From Phycisphaerae bacterium (GTDB taxonomy: Bacteria > Planctomycetota > Phycisphaerae > UBA1845 > PWPN01), in NCBI GenBank assembly GCA_012729395.1, contig JAAYDF010000161.1, positions 3,319 through 67,318 on the forward strand: DNA of 64,000 nucleotides, in the 5' to 3' direction. Made by a program: the position numbers and the translations under genes. This document shows, in pieces, positions 25,933 through 36,202 of this stretch (positions are counted from its first letter, which is position 1; each line of letters opens with the position of its first letter). The notes beneath the pieces are model-generated. The model was not told the origin of the DNA. It saw nothing but the letters and a program-made list of their open reading frames with translations, and ran no database searches.

Positions 25933-27231
25933 CTACGGCTGACCTGAGCCATCCTTGGCGAGCTCGAGCATGATGATCGTGTCCACGGGGTGGCGGTCTG
26001 CGGCGGGGATGGAAAGGACGAGACTTTGCTCGTTTTGCCGCAGATCGGCGGTCCCACCGGTCAGGACGCGATGGCGGAGAATGGAGCGTCCAGGGGAAGG
26101 TAGCAGGATGGAATCCTCGACCCAGTCCAACATGTGCAAGTAGACGCGGTCGCCGGCCTGAGTGGAAACGCCCCACGGGCCAGGTTCGAGGGGGCCTCGG
26201 CTTGTGCCATAGACGCTCTCGCCATACCGGGCAAGCCAGTTGCCAATCTCCTCCAGCACGACCACTTGGCGAGGCTCGATCTCGCCGGTAGGCATTGGAC
26301 CGACGTTGAGCAGCAGGTTACCGCCGCGGCCGGCACAGGCGGCCAACAGGCGGATGCACTCGGCAGAGGTCTTGATACGGTCGTCCGGCTTGAAGGACCA
26401 CTGCTCGCCGAGCGTGTCGCAGGTCTCCCATGGCTTTGGATTCTCGTATTCGCCAACAGCTTGTTCATAAACCTGAAAGTCCGTATCTGGGCTGAGGCGA
26501 TCGTTTATCAGGATGGCGGGCTGCAGCCCCCGTATCCATTCGTAGAGCAGATGTTGTTCATAGTCCTGCGGCCACTCCTCCTGGACATCAAACCAGAGGA
26601 TGCGAACCGGGCCGTAGGCGGTCAACAGCTCGGCCAACTGATCGCGCATGTATCGGTTGTAGCGGCGATACTGGGCGGTGCGAAAGTCGGGATGATGCCA
26701 GTCCGGAGCCGAGTAGTAGATCCCCAGTGGAAGCTCAGCCGTCCGGCAAGCTTGGGCCAATTCGGCCAGCGGATCGCGGGCCCAGGGCGACCGGGTTATC
26801 TTGTACTCGGTGAGTTGACTGTCGTGCATGCAGAAGCCGTCATGATGCTTAGCCACAAAGACCAGGTACCGAGCACCGGCGGACCGGGCTAGGCGCACCC
26901 ATTCTTCGGCGTCGAACGCGGTGGGATTGAATCGCAGATAAAGCTGATCGTACTCCTCGGGTAAGACGGAAGCTGCCTGATCCCTGCGAGTGCGTGGATC
27001 CTGTCGCGAGTGGCTGATTTCGGTACCTAGCAAGCTGATGGGGCCCCAGTGGATGAACAGACCAAAGCGGGCGTCCTGAAACCAAGCAACCGCGTTGGAT
27101 GGAGCGGCGGGGAACACGGCCACCGAGGGCTTACGCCGCGGCCACGCCGACCAGGCGATCATGCCCGCCTGAACCGCCACTAGGAGGCTCAGGACGGTTA
27201 GCAGGATTCTCGTGCGAGGCGCCACACGCAT
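25933..27231 (-). CDS. Alpha-L-fucosidase (GH29)
   Basis: Track ORF 25933..27348. The likely start is M40 (ATG 27231, MRVAPRTRILLTVLSLLVAV..). GH29 motifs ..ARFGLFIHWGP.. and ..YLVFVAKHHDGFCMHDS... Confidence 0.85.
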   Translation of the reverse strand: MRVAPRTRILLTVLSLLVAVQAGMIAWSAWPRRKPSVAVFPAAPSNAVAWFQDARFGLFIHWGPISLLGTEISHSRQDPRTRRDQAASVLPEEYDQLYLRFNPTAFDAEEWVRLARSAGARYLVFVAKHHDGFCMHDSQLTEYKITRSPWARDPLAELAQACRTAELPLGIYYSAPDWHHPDFRTAQYRRYNRYMRDQLAELLTAYGPVRILWFDVQEEWPQDYEQHLLYEWIRGLQPAILINDRLSPDTDFQVYEQAVGEYENPKPWETCDTLGEQWSFKPDDRIKTSAECIRLLAACAGRGGNLLLNVGPMPTGEIEPRQVVVLEEIGNWLARYGESVYGTSRGPLEPGPWGVSTQAGDRVYLHMLDWVEDSILLPSPGRSILRHRVLTGGTADLRQNEQSLVLSIPAADRHPVDTIIMLELAKDGSGQP

Positions 27232-27444
27232 CAGTCGATCCACTTCCAACGCCCAACGCCGCCAGGCCACCGAGTCCACTCCGGCGCCGGTAGCCGGTGT
27301 CCGCAGTGTAGGCCCCGACGCCTTGGCGTCAACGCAAGCGCGTCGCAACCGGGTAACCGTTCACGGGAGCCAGACCGGAATTGGATAGGGTGTAACTCGC
27401 TGGCCGCCTGGCTCCCGGGGCACAACAGCGAATGCTCAAGGCCT

Positions 27445-27556
27445 AATGACCAATCAATGACCAAGCCCGAAGCCAGAACGCCAACCGCGAGCGGGGACGT
27501 TAGTCATGGGTCATTCGGACTTCATGGGTCATTGGGGCTTCGCCATGGGTCATTTC
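27445..27556. repeat. Empty pair of inverted GAATGACC-type oligo-repeat arrays (homologous to the flanks of the 4HB gene at 37595..38008)
   Basis: The left array ctaatgaccaatcaatgaccaagcccgaagccagaacgccaaccg is about 85 percent identical to 37522..37567. The right array contains tcatgggtcattcggacttcatgggtcattggggcttcgccatgggtcatttc and shares atgggtcattcggacttc with 38032..38049. Only about 13 nt separate the two arrays here. Confidence 0.7.
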
Positions 27557-27775
27557 GCCTGCGGATCGCGAGTTACGCCCAAACCATATCGCTCAGCCAA
27601 CGCGCAAGCCTCCGAACAGCCACAATCCGCACCTTGAGCGGACCGGATTGAGGCGGTATGCTGCGGCCATGTCGCTTGCGGGCGGCCCACGCATAAGGAG
27701 GCGTCCGCATTCAACGGCTTGGATAAGTCGGATTTGCCATTGTTTCGACACGCCGCGCGTGAAGGAGTCGCTCAA

Positions 27776-30667
27776 GTGAGGTACACGGGGTTCTATATTC
27801 TGCTTGGCGTCATGCTACTACTGTGGGGCTGCAATCAGCGTATGCAGGAGCGAGCGGAGGACACGATGGAGGCGGGTGTGCTGGAGCCGTTCCACTTGCG
27901 GTGTGAGTACCTTGTCGAGCCGCTTGGGATAGACAACACCAGCCCCCGACTGAGCTGGGTGGTCAGGTCGGCACTGAGAGGTCAGCGGCAGTCCGCGTAT
28001 CACATTCTCGTGTCGTCAAGCCCGGACAGACTCGCGCAGGATGTGGGTGATCTCTGGGATACGGCCCAGGTACGAAGTGGCCGCACGAATCAGATCGTCT
28101 ACGAGGGACGGCCGCTGGAATCGCGGACCGTCTGCTATTGGAAGGTGCGTGTCTGGGATGCCCAAGGCAGGCCATCGCAGTGGAGCGATGTGTCTCACTG
28201 GACGATGGGACTGCTCGAAGAGGCGGACTGGAAGGCGCGTTGGATCAGCTACCGGGATGATGACTCCATGACCGCGTCGCAACAGAACATGGTGTTGCAG
28301 CCGGCTCGCTACTACCGCAAGGCTTTCCACGCCCCGCAAGCCATTCGTCGTGCAACCGTGTACGCCACGTCGTTGGGCGTTTATGAGCTGTCCCTCAACG
28401 GCCAGGAGGTATCCGACAGGCTGTTTACGCCCGGGTGGAGCGACTACAAGAAGCGGGTCTACTACAACACCTTTGACGTAACGGATCACGTTCGACAGGG
28501 CGACAACGCGATCGGGGCGATTGTCGCGGACGGCTGGTACAGCGGCTACGTGGGTTACGGCAAGTTGGTGGGCTACGGGCCGGACAGATGCGGCCGCTAC
28601 TTCTACGGGAAGACGCCCGCACTCCTGGTGCAGCTTGAGATCGAGTACCAGGACGGCACAACGGAGAGGGTCAATACGGACACCGATTGGAAAGTCACCA
28701 CCGGCCCGCTGTTGGAAGCCGACATGCTGATGGGGGAAACATACGATGCTCGGCTTGAGATGCCCGGATGGAGTAAGCCCGATTTCGCGGACTCCCAGTG
28801 GGACGACGTTGTGCCGGCCGAGGCGAATCCCGGCATCAAAGCCACCTTCCACGATCGGGCGGGGCAGCGAGAGGTCAACCTCGGGTTCGAGCGCCCGGCC
28901 CTCATGCAGGCCTATTCCTCGGTTCCCATCCGCAAGACGGAAACGCTGAAAGCGGTGGGCATCACCGAACCCGAGCCGGGAACCTACATCTTCGACATGG
29001 GGCAGAACTTCTCGGGTGTGGCCCGGCTGCACACCAACGGGCCGGCCGGCACGCAGATCAGATTGCGGTTCGGCGAGATGCTGCATCAAGATGGGCGGTT
29101 GATGACCGAGAACCTTCGCAAGGCTCGCGCGACGGACACCTACATCCTCCGCGGCGACCCGCAGGGCGAGAGCTACCAGCCAAGGTTCACTTATCATGGC
29201 TTCCAATATGTCGAAGTGACCGGCCTGACGCACAAGCCCGACCTGGACACGATCACCGGCATCGTGGTTCATTCCGATACCCCGTTGAGGAGTTCGTTGC
29301 GTTGCTCGGATCCGATGATCAACCAGCTCTTCTCGAACATCGTCTGGACGCAGCGGGCGAATTTCTTCGAGATTCCGACCGACTGCCCGCAGCGTGATGA
29401 ACGTCTCGGCTGGACCGGGGACGCGCAGATCTACGTCCAAGCGGCTGCCTACAACGCGGATGTGGCGGCGTTCTTCACGAAGTGGCTCGACGATCTCGAG
29501 GAGGCGCAGTGGCCGAGCGGCGCTTTTCCCGACTATGCGCCGTACCCGATGACACACGGCAAGACCGAACACGGGTACGCCACCGGCTGGGCCGATGCCG
29601 GGATCATCTGCCCACATGCCATCTACAAGATGTATGGCGACACGCGGGTGATCGCGCGGCATTACGATGCGATGAGCCGGTTCCTGGATTTCCGGCAGAA
29701 GCGGAGTCCGGACTTCCTTGGGGTGGACACCTGCAACGCCTGGGGAGACTGGCTGTCGATCGGTTCGCAGACGCCGATCGAGTTCATCGACACGGTGTAC
29801 TACGCGATATCCGCAAAGAGGATGAGTGAGATGGCCCGGGCCATCGGCAAGGAAGAGGATGCAGCCAAGTACGACCAAGTCTACAAGAGCATTCAACAGG
29901 CCTTTGCCGGGCGATATCTGAATGCAGACGGCACGTTGACGGTGAACAACCAGACCGCGTGTGTACTTGCGCTGTCGGCGGGTTTGGTCCCGGAGGCGTT
30001 CCTTCCGGTGGTGCAAAAGCGTTTGCTTCAACTGCTGGAAGAGAATCAGTACCGCATGACGACGGGCTTCTTGGGCACCAAAGCGCTGTTATTCGTGTTG
30101 TCTGACGCCGGATATACGGACACGGCGGCCCGCCTCTTGCAGAGCCGCGAGTTTCCATCGTGGGGCTACAATGTCGTCAACGGGGCGACCACGGTCTGGG
30201 AGCGATGGAACAGCTACACCAAGGAAGACGGGTTCGGCGACGCGAGCATGAACTCGTTCAGCCATTATGCTTTCGGCGCCGTCTGCCAGTGGATGTTCGA
30301 GAAGCTCGCGGGCATCGACATGCTCCGGCCCGGTTTCGAGCAGATCATGATCAAGCCGCACATACCGTCGCCCGACAGCAATCCGGGCCATGAGCCGATC
30401 GACTGGGTCGATGCCCGATACGATTCGATCCAAGGCCCGATCGAGGTGTCTTGGAAACGCGTGGAAGGAGGATTGGATCTCACGGTGATGATTCCGGCCA
30501 ACACTGAGGCCGTGGTCTACATCCCCGCGCGATCTGTCTCGCAGGTGACTGAAGGGGGAACTCCCATAGCCAAACACCCTGACCTCACTTGCGATGGGAT
30601 TCACGATTCGGCCGTGAAGGTCCAAGCCGGCTCGGGCACGTACCATTTCAGCGTGCGAACGGAGTAG
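27776..30667 (+). CDS. Alpha-L-rhamnosidase (GH78), probable lipoprotein
   Basis: Track ORF 27719..30667 (TTG start). GTG 27776 has GAAGGAG 8 nt upstream and gives VRYTGFYILLGVMLLLWGC... GH78 hallmarks ..LRCEYLVEPLGIDNTSPRLSW.., ..RQSAYHILVSSS.. and ..PTDCPQRDERLGWTGDAQ... Confidence 0.85.
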   Translation: MRYTGFYILLGVMLLLWGCNQRMQERAEDTMEAGVLEPFHLRCEYLVEPLGIDNTSPRLSWVVRSALRGQRQSAYHILVSSSPDRLAQDVGDLWDTAQVRSGRTNQIVYEGRPLESRTVCYWKVRVWDAQGRPSQWSDVSHWTMGLLEEADWKARWISYRDDDSMTASQQNMVLQPARYYRKAFHAPQAIRRATVYATSLGVYELSLNGQEVSDRLFTPGWSDYKKRVYYNTFDVTDHVRQGDNAIGAIVADGWYSGYVGYGKLVGYGPDRCGRYFYGKTPALLVQLEIEYQDGTTERVNTDTDWKVTTGPLLEADMLMGETYDARLEMPGWSKPDFADSQWDDVVPAEANPGIKATFHDRAGQREVNLGFERPALMQAYSSVPIRKTETLKAVGITEPEPGTYIFDMGQNFSGVARLHTNGPAGTQIRLRFGEMLHQDGRLMTENLRKARATDTYILRGDPQGESYQPRFTYHGFQYVEVTGLTHKPDLDTITGIVVHSDTPLRSSLRCSDPMINQLFSNIVWTQRANFFEIPTDCPQRDERLGWTGDAQIYVQAAAYNADVAAFFTKWLDDLEEAQWPSGAFPDYAPYPMTHGKTEHGYATGWADAGIICPHAIYKMYGDTRVIARHYDAMSRFLDFRQKRSPDFLGVDTCNAWGDWLSIGSQTPIEFIDTVYYAISAKRMSEMARAIGKEEDAAKYDQVYKSIQQAFAGRYLNADGTLTVNNQTACVLALSAGLVPEAFLPVVQKRLLQLLEENQYRMTTGFLGTKALLFVLSDAGYTDTAARLLQSREFPSWGYNVVNGATTVWERWNSYTKEDGFGDASMNSFSHYAFGAVCQWMFEKLAGIDMLRPGFEQIMIKPHIPSPDSNPGHEPIDWVDARYDSIQGPIEVSWKRVEGGLDLTVMIPANTEAVVYIPARSVSQVTEGGTPIAKHPDLTCDGIHDSAVKVQAGSGTYHFSVRTE

Positions 30668-30694
30668 ACGAGCAGCGCGGGACATGCTCAGCGT

Positions 30695-31918
30695 ATGGCG
30701 TCTGGCTGGAGATTCCTGATGCACTCGCGCAAAATCGCAGCGTCGATGAGGCGTCCGCGTGTGTCTCGGGTCTGGTTGGGGCTCGTGGCTACGGGTGCGA
30801 TGGTGCTGGCCTCCTGTACTGCCAACCACGAGCTGGGTCGCGCCGGATCACAAAGCGGCCAGGAACGCAAGCGATTGGGGCTGATCCGCCCGAGCGCCGA
30901 CGGCACGCACTTTGTCCATGTCGACTCCGGTGCGCGGTTCACGGTCTGGGGCGTGAACTACGACCACGACCCCGACGGTCGCCTCCTGGAAGATTACTGG
31001 CACGACGAGTGGGCCACCGTGGTGGAGGATTTCGAGGAGATGGCCGCCCTCGGGGCCAACGCGGTGCGCATTCACCTGCAGCTCGGCAAGTTCATGAAAT
31101 CGCCCGAGCAACCCAACACTGCGGAACTGGAGCAGCTTGGGCGTCTGCTGGATCTGGCCAGGCGGACCGGGCTGTACCTCAATCTGACCGGCCTGGCGTG
31201 CTACCACAAGCAGGATGTGCCGCCCTGGTACGACGCGATGAGCGAGGCGGACCGCTGGGCGGTGCAGGCTCGGTTCTGGGCGGCCGTGGCCAAGACCTGC
31301 GCCGGCCACCCGGCCATGTTCTGTTACGACCTGATGAACGAGCCGATCCTGCCTGGCGACGACAAAAAGGAAACCGACTGGCTGGCCGGCGAGTTCGGGG
31401 GCAAGCACTTCGTGCAGCGGATCACGCTGGACTTGGCCGGCCGCACGCGGCACGAGGTCGCCCGGGCCTGGATCGACACCCTGGTTTCCGCCATCCGCAA
31501 GCACGACCCGCACACCATGATCACGGTCGGGGTCATCCCCTGGGCCCACGTCTGGCCGCAGGCCAAGCCGCTCTTCTACGCACCGGAGGTCGGCGTCAAC
31601 CTCGACTTCGCCTGCGTGCACTTCTATCCCAAGTCCGGCCAGGTCGAGAAGGCCCTGGCCGCACTGGCGGTCTACCGTGTCGGCAAGCCGCTGGTCGTCG
31701 AGGAGATGTTTGCGCTCGAGTGCGGCATCGAGGAGCTCGACGCCTTCATCGAGGGTTCCCGTGATTGGGTCGCGGGCTACTTCGGCTTCTACTGGGGCAG
31801 AACCATCGAGGAATACGCGGCACTGACAGGTGAACAACGGACCATCGGCGCGGCCATCACCCAACGTTGGCTGGAGTACTTCCGCGACAAGGCGGCTCAG
31901 TGGTTGCGGGAGAAGTAG
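30695..31918 (+). CDS. Glycoside hydrolase family 5-like (cellulase/mannanase fold), probable lipoprotein
   Basis: 407 aa. ..GAMVLASC lipobox, ..FTVWGVNY.., ..GANAVRIHL.. and ..FCYDLMNEP.. (the NEP acid/base motif of clan GH-A). The start is ambiguous (30695 or 30746). Confidence 0.7.
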   Translation: MASGWRFLMHSRKIAASMRRPRVSRVWLGLVATGAMVLASCTANHELGRAGSQSGQERKRLGLIRPSADGTHFVHVDSGARFTVWGVNYDHDPDGRLLEDYWHDEWATVVEDFEEMAALGANAVRIHLQLGKFMKSPEQPNTAELEQLGRLLDLARRTGLYLNLTGLACYHKQDVPPWYDAMSEADRWAVQARFWAAVAKTCAGHPAMFCYDLMNEPILPGDDKKETDWLAGEFGGKHFVQRITLDLAGRTRHEVARAWIDTLVSAIRKHDPHTMITVGVIPWAHVWPQAKPLFYAPEVGVNLDFACVHFYPKSGQVEKALAALAVYRVGKPLVVEEMFALECGIEELDAFIEGSRDWVAGYFGFYWGRTIEEYAALTGEQRTIGAAITQRWLEYFRDKAAQWLREK

Positions 31919-32898
31919 TCCCAGACGAGGTAGACCTTGGCATCGTTGATCCCAGGGTACTGCCAGGGGCGAATGGGGCCGAGTTGGGCGGTGCCGATCC
32001 TGCCGCCGGGGTCGACAACACGGCGGGCATGGAAGTCGCTATAGAGGACGTTGTAGCTTTGCAGGTGGTAGCCTTGATACCCGCCGAAGAAGCCGTCCGA
32101 GACGAACGCGTGAACGGCGTGACGGCCACGGGAGGCCTGCGGGAACGGGCCAAGGAAGGACGGGTCGGGCTCAGCCGGGTCATGCAGATACCGCCAATAG
32201 GGATACTCAGCAGCAGGCACCGGGGCGAAGTTACGGATCACCTCTTCGGGGTACATTCGGCTACCCGCATCGCGCGGGTTCTTGCCCTCGACGGCGGGGA
32301 TTGCGTAACCATAAGCCCCAAACGGCGAGATGGGAAAGTTGTGTGAGTTCTGGTATTGCGGGTCGGTGTGCTTGGGGTGGCGGTAGCGCTGGAGGAAAGT
32401 CGCCTTACCGTTGGGGCCGTTGATGTCGGCGGCTTTGTTGTTGGGGCAGTAGAAGACTTCAGGCGTCGAGCCGACGTAGCGGGGATAGAGAAGCCCGCCG
32501 TTGACCGCGGCCCAGTCGTGGCTCTCCGGCGGTTGAAAGCCCAGGTAGTACTTCCCCTCCATGAGCGAGTAGCGGAACGATCCGACCCAGGGCAGGTAGG
32601 CTTTGTGGTCGCCCCCGTAGGCCGCGAAGCCGACGCCCTGCTGCTTGAGATTCGCCAAACAGAGAGCAGCCCAGGCCTGCTCCCTCGCCCGGCGCAGAGA
32701 CGGAAGCAAGACCGCGATCAACAGCGCGATGATGCCAACAACAACAAGGATCTCGATGAGGGTGAAACCCGCGTACATGCTTCCGCGCGGTCTTGCGGCA
32801 AGAGCCGATCGACCGCCTCGGGTCGGCGGTGTGCCCTGGTCACTCATCTTCTGATCGTCCTTCCGACTTGCGTGCGCGGGCAGCGGCATCCTCATCAC
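31897..32898 (-). CDS. DUF1559 protein with a prepilin-type N-terminal cleavage/methylation domain
   Basis: ..GFTLIEILVVVGIIALLIAVLLPSLRRAREQA.. followed by a DUF1559-like body. Several candidate starts (GTG 32898, ATG 32895, 32889, 32847). The 3' end overlaps the convergent GH5 gene by 22 bp. Confidence 0.85.
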   Translation of the reverse strand: MMRMPLPAHASRKDDQKMSDQGTPPTRGGRSALAARPRGSMYAGFTLIEILVVVGIIALLIAVLLPSLRRAREQAWAALCLANLKQQGVGFAAYGGDHKAYLPWVGSFRYSLMEGKYYLGFQPPESHDWAAVNGGLLYPRYVGSTPEVFYCPNNKAADINGPNGKATFLQRYRHPKHTDPQYQNSHNFPISPFGAYGYAIPAVEGKNPRDAGSRMYPEEVIRNFAPVPAAEYPYWRYLHDPAEPDPSFLGPFPQASRGRHAVHAFVSDGFFGGYQGYHLQSYNVLYSDFHARRVVDPGGRIGTAQLGPIRPWQYPGINDAKVYLVWDYFSRNH

Positions 32899-34103
32899 GC
32901 CCAGATGGAGTCCGCCGTCGCGTACATGACCAGTGAGCGGGACGGACCATGCGAGTGTTTGCCGTTGTGGGCGCTGTTGACGGCGCTGTAGAACAAGTGG
33001 TACCGCCCGTCGCGATGCACCAGATGGCTGGGCGGATAAATGCCGTAGGAGTCCGGCTGCGTGCTATCGCCGCGGGGCAGCCAGGCGGAGCGCACCGGCC
33101 GATGCCACTTCAGGCCGTCGGTCGAGAAACACCATTCGAGGTCCATGGTCTGGGCCTGCACGCGGTAATGGCCGAGCATGCCCACCCGGCCGCGAGGCGT
33201 GTATGTGACCGCAAGGTGGTAGAACTGCTGATCGACGAAGTCGTTGGCGTCGCGCTGGATGACCCGATTGCGCGTCCCGAAGCGCAAGCCGTCCTCGGAG
33301 GTATAGCGGTCGATGACCCGCAGCAGCCCCGGGGCGTTGTCGTGGGGCATGTAGGCCGGGTCCTCCTTGGGCACGGAGATCAGGGCCACGGAGTACATCT
33401 CGAACGTGCCGTCGGAAAGCTGGTAAATGTTGGTGGCGTCGTTGGAGATCAGGCGGGCCGGTGCCTGCGGTTCGTCGGCGGGCCTATCCGGGCTAACCTG
33501 GCGGACCAGCATAACGCCGTCGGGCGAGGGCACGCCGTGTGCCGCCCGGTCGTTCGGGTGGTAAAGCACCGGGCGGTGCGGATCGACTACGCGGTACCGC
33601 CGGCCGTCATCGCTGTCGGCGGCCAAGTAGCGAAGGATGCCGCGTCCGTGCGCCCAGAAGTAGATCCGATGCTTGCCGTTGAGGAGGGGGACGTGGACAA
33701 CCTGCGTCGGCCTCCACCCGTCGGGCAGGTGCCCGACGGCGAACGGTCCGTCGCCGGGCTCACCGGGCGTGAGCTGAGCGGGGAACTTCTTCATCGGTTC
33801 GCCCGACCGGCCTTCCGCGTAGGCGATGGTGTAACTGCTGCGGCCGCCCACCGCCGAGTACCACAACCGCCAACGACCGTCATCCAGTACCTCGACCGGC
33901 GAGGTGAAGTTCTGGATGAAGCCGTGCTCCCAGGGCTCTGTAACTTCGAGCACGGTGCCGTGTTTCCGCCATGCGCTCGGGGGGCAAGGCATGGGCAGTT
34001 CCGACTCATCGCCGAAAGCCCGACGACCGAGCCCTAGTTGGCCGGCCGCGGCGCCCAAGGTCGCACCGGCGGCACGAGACAGGAAGGTTCGCCGATCGAG
34101 CAT
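32895..34103 (-). CDS. Tat-secreted beta-propeller-like glycoside hydrolase candidate (GH43/32/130-clan-like; family uncertain)
   Basis: Track ORF 32895..34268. The start is at M56 (ATG 34103), giving the Tat-like MLDRRTFLSRAAGATLGAAAG. Repeated ..DG.W.L.YSAV.. and ..DGRYHLFYSAV.. blade-like motifs. The function call has low confidence. Confidence 0.6.
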   Translation of the reverse strand: MLDRRTFLSRAAGATLGAAAGQLGLGRRAFGDESELPMPCPPSAWRKHGTVLEVTEPWEHGFIQNFTSPVEVLDDGRWRLWYSAVGGRSSYTIAYAEGRSGEPMKKFPAQLTPGEPGDGPFAVGHLPDGWRPTQVVHVPLLNGKHRIYFWAHGRGILRYLAADSDDGRRYRVVDPHRPVLYHPNDRAAHGVPSPDGVMLVRQVSPDRPADEPQAPARLISNDATNIYQLSDGTFEMYSVALISVPKEDPAYMPHDNAPGLLRVIDRYTSEDGLRFGTRNRVIQRDANDFVDQQFYHLAVTYTPRGRVGMLGHYRVQAQTMDLEWCFSTDGLKWHRPVRSAWLPRGDSTQPDSYGIYPPSHLVHRDGRYHLFYSAVNSAHNGKHSHGPSRSLVMYATADSIWA

Positions 34104-34423
34104 GGGTATGATCCTCCAGCGGGCGGCACATGCCGAGCCCGCGAAGCGGTTCGCCGGGCAAGAGCTCAGGTCGCACTCGCAAGCCGACCCACCGGTCGCC
34201 GGCCTGCCGATCGGATCACATACAGGCCGAAGCACGATCCGCGGTCGGCTCCACCCGCCAGTGCTCATCCACCCACAAGCCCAGGATGCGTATCGGCAAG
34301 AACCATGTGGCGATCACCGGCTCCTGTACCCAGCCATCCATACAGTTGATCACCGTGGCGAATCGCCCGCGCATCAAGTGGTCCTCAGCTACACATACTC
34401 CGGCAACGTGGAGCTTCCCGCCG

Positions 34424-35557
34424 TCAGACGTCCACCCAGACTCCGCTACGAGCGCTTTCGAGCACCGCGTCGCAAACCTTCTGCGTCTCCAGGGCATCGC
34501 GGAAGGTCGGGCTGGCGGGCCGCCCCGTGGCGACGCCCTCCAGGAAGTCGGCGACCTGGTGGACGAAGGAGTGTTCGTAACCGATCTGCAGGCCCGGCAC
34601 CCACCACTTACCCATGTACGGCTGGTCCCCGTCCGTCACGTGGATGCTCCGCCAACCGCGGACGATCGAGTCGTCGCGGTGGTCGAAGTAGCCAAGCCGG
34701 TGCAGATCGTGCAAGTCCCACGCAATCGAGGCCTTTTCGCCGTTGATCTCGAAAGTATAGAGCGCCTTGTGACCGCGGGCGTAGCGCGTCGACTCGAACG
34801 TCGCCAGCGAGCCATTCGAGAACCGGGCGAGGAAAGCGCAGGCGTCGTCGATGTTCACCTTCTCGACCTTGCCGGTGATATTGTGCTTGCGCTCTTTGAT
34901 GAAGGTCTCGGTCATGGCGGTCACGCTGCGGATACTACCGTTGAGCCACAGGGCGGTATCGATGCAGTGGGCGAGCAGGTCGCCGGTGACGCCGGAGCCG
35001 GCCACCTTGGCATCGAGTCGCCAGAGGGCGTCGCCGCCCTGGGGCAGGTCGGAGGAGATCGTCCAATCCTGCAGGAATACGGCCCGGTAGTGGAAGATCT
35101 TGCCGAGCCGGCCCTCGTCGATGAGCTTCTTGGCCAGAGTGACGGCCGGCACGCGGCGATAGTTGAACGAGACCAAGTTGGGTACGCCGGCCTTCTCGAC
35201 CGCGTCCACCATCTCCTGGCCCTCGGCGGTGTTCATGGCCAGCGGCTTCTCGCAGATGATCATCTTGCCAGCCGCCGCCGCCGCCATGGCGATCTCGCGG
35301 TGGGTGTTGTTTGGCGTGCAGATGTCGACGATGTCGATATCCTTGCGGGCCAGCAGCTTCTTCCAGTCGGTCTCGACCGACTCGTATCCCCACGTATCCG
35401 CGAATGCCTTGGCCTTGTCGGCGCTCACGTCGCAGATCGCCTTGAGTGCGGGCTTCAGCTCCGGCTTGAAGAAACTGTACACCTTGCGGTACGCGTTCGA
35501 ATGCGTCCGCCCCATGAAACCGCAACCGATCAGACCGACGTTAAGTGGCTTGGACAT
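34424..35557 (-). CDS. Gfo/Idh/MocA family oxidoreductase
   Basis: Track ORF 34424..35641. ATG 35557 is preceded by ggaga. The N-terminus [23 protein letters not shown] is a Rossmann fold. Confidence 0.85.
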   Translation of the reverse strand: MSKPLNVGLIGCGFMGRTHSNAYRKVYSFFKPELKPALKAICDVSADKAKAFADTWGYESVETDWKKLLARKDIDIVDICTPNNTHREIAMAAAAAGKMIICEKPLAMNTAEGQEMVDAVEKAGVPNLVSFNYRRVPAVTLAKKLIDEGRLGKIFHYRAVFLQDWTISSDLPQGGDALWRLDAKVAGSGVTGDLLAHCIDTALWLNGSIRSVTAMTETFIKERKHNITGKVEKVNIDDACAFLARFSNGSLATFESTRYARGHKALYTFEINGEKASIAWDLHDLHRLGYFDHRDDSIVRGWRSIHVTDGDQPYMGKWWVPGLQIGYEHSFVHQVADFLEGVATGRPASPTFRDALETQKVCDAVLESARSGVWVDV

Positions 35558-35689
35558 GGCTGTTCTCCGCTTCACGTGGGCCGCACCCACGGCTCCTGCC
35601 TCGCACTCGCAATAATGACCCGTACAGACCTCACCCGGCATCCTAGCCCGAGCCCGCGGAGGTGGTCAAGCGGGCCGTCGGCGGCACGC

Positions 35690-36177
35690 TTATTCGCCTG
35701 CGAATCGGCGGCGGTGCTCGGCCTCGAGCTGCCCCCAGAACGCGGCCGCGCGACGATCCTGCTGATCCCGCTGGCGAGTGTGTTCGCTGAGGTATCGCTG
35801 ACCGCGGACCGGCGAGTTCTGCAGACTATCCGCCCACGCGAGAACTTGGCGGGATGCGGATTCGGCGAGGGATTTCAGATCTGAGATTTGAGACTGCAGA
35901 TGCACGAAGTAGGGCAGCCGTTCAGTCAACAGCAGCATGGAGCGCACCTCGCCGGCCGAGCCGCGGGCGATGTAGAGACAAGTGAGCAGTTCTTGCGTTG
36001 TGCCGCGTTCAAAACCCTCCGCGATGTTGTTCCCGACCGAGATTGCCGCCCGCTGAATCTGGCTGCGCAAATCACCTTTGCCCCGAAGCTGCGGTCGTCG
36101 GTCAGCCTGAATACCCCCTCAGCCAACTGCATGGCCGTTTGCCAGACCGGCAGATCCTCGAATCGCTCGTAAGTCAT
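35690..36177 (-). pseudogene. Four-helix-bundle protein (23S rRNA IVS protein / Avd-like family), apparently frameshifted
   Basis: The N-terminal part, MTYERFEDLPVWQTAMQLAEGVFRLTDD.. (frame of 36177), and the remainder, ..DLRSQIQRAAISVGNNIAEGFERGTTQELLTCLYIARGSAGEV.. (frame of 36070), are both family-typical but lie in different frames. One extra G around 36074..36079 (aaaggt to aagggt) would restore a single ORF. This is either a true pseudogene or a sequencing indel. Confidence 0.65.
35871..35902. repeat. Short oligo-repeat array (gatttcagat / ctgagatt / ctgcagat), inverted relative to 36203..36335
   Basis: gatttcagatctgagatttgagactgcagatg is the reverse-complement flavour of the aatctcagatc/atctgaaatc/aatctgcaatc units found upstream of the 4HB gene. 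It lies within the 3' part of the 4HB reading frame (..LQSQISDLKS..). Confidence 0.6.
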
Positions 36178-36202
36178 GCGCGACTCCCGAATCCCAAACC
36201 TG

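Noticed and set aside
24822-26057. 411-aa minus-strand ORF spanning the transporter 3' half and the spacer
   Set aside because: It is antisense to the SLC12-like permease, has no motifs, and crosses an intergenic region.
28016-30031. 671-aa ORF on the minus strand
   Set aside because: It is antisense to the GH78 alpha-L-rhamnosidase gene, which carries family motifs. The ORF has no recognisable domain and is an open frame caused by GC richness.
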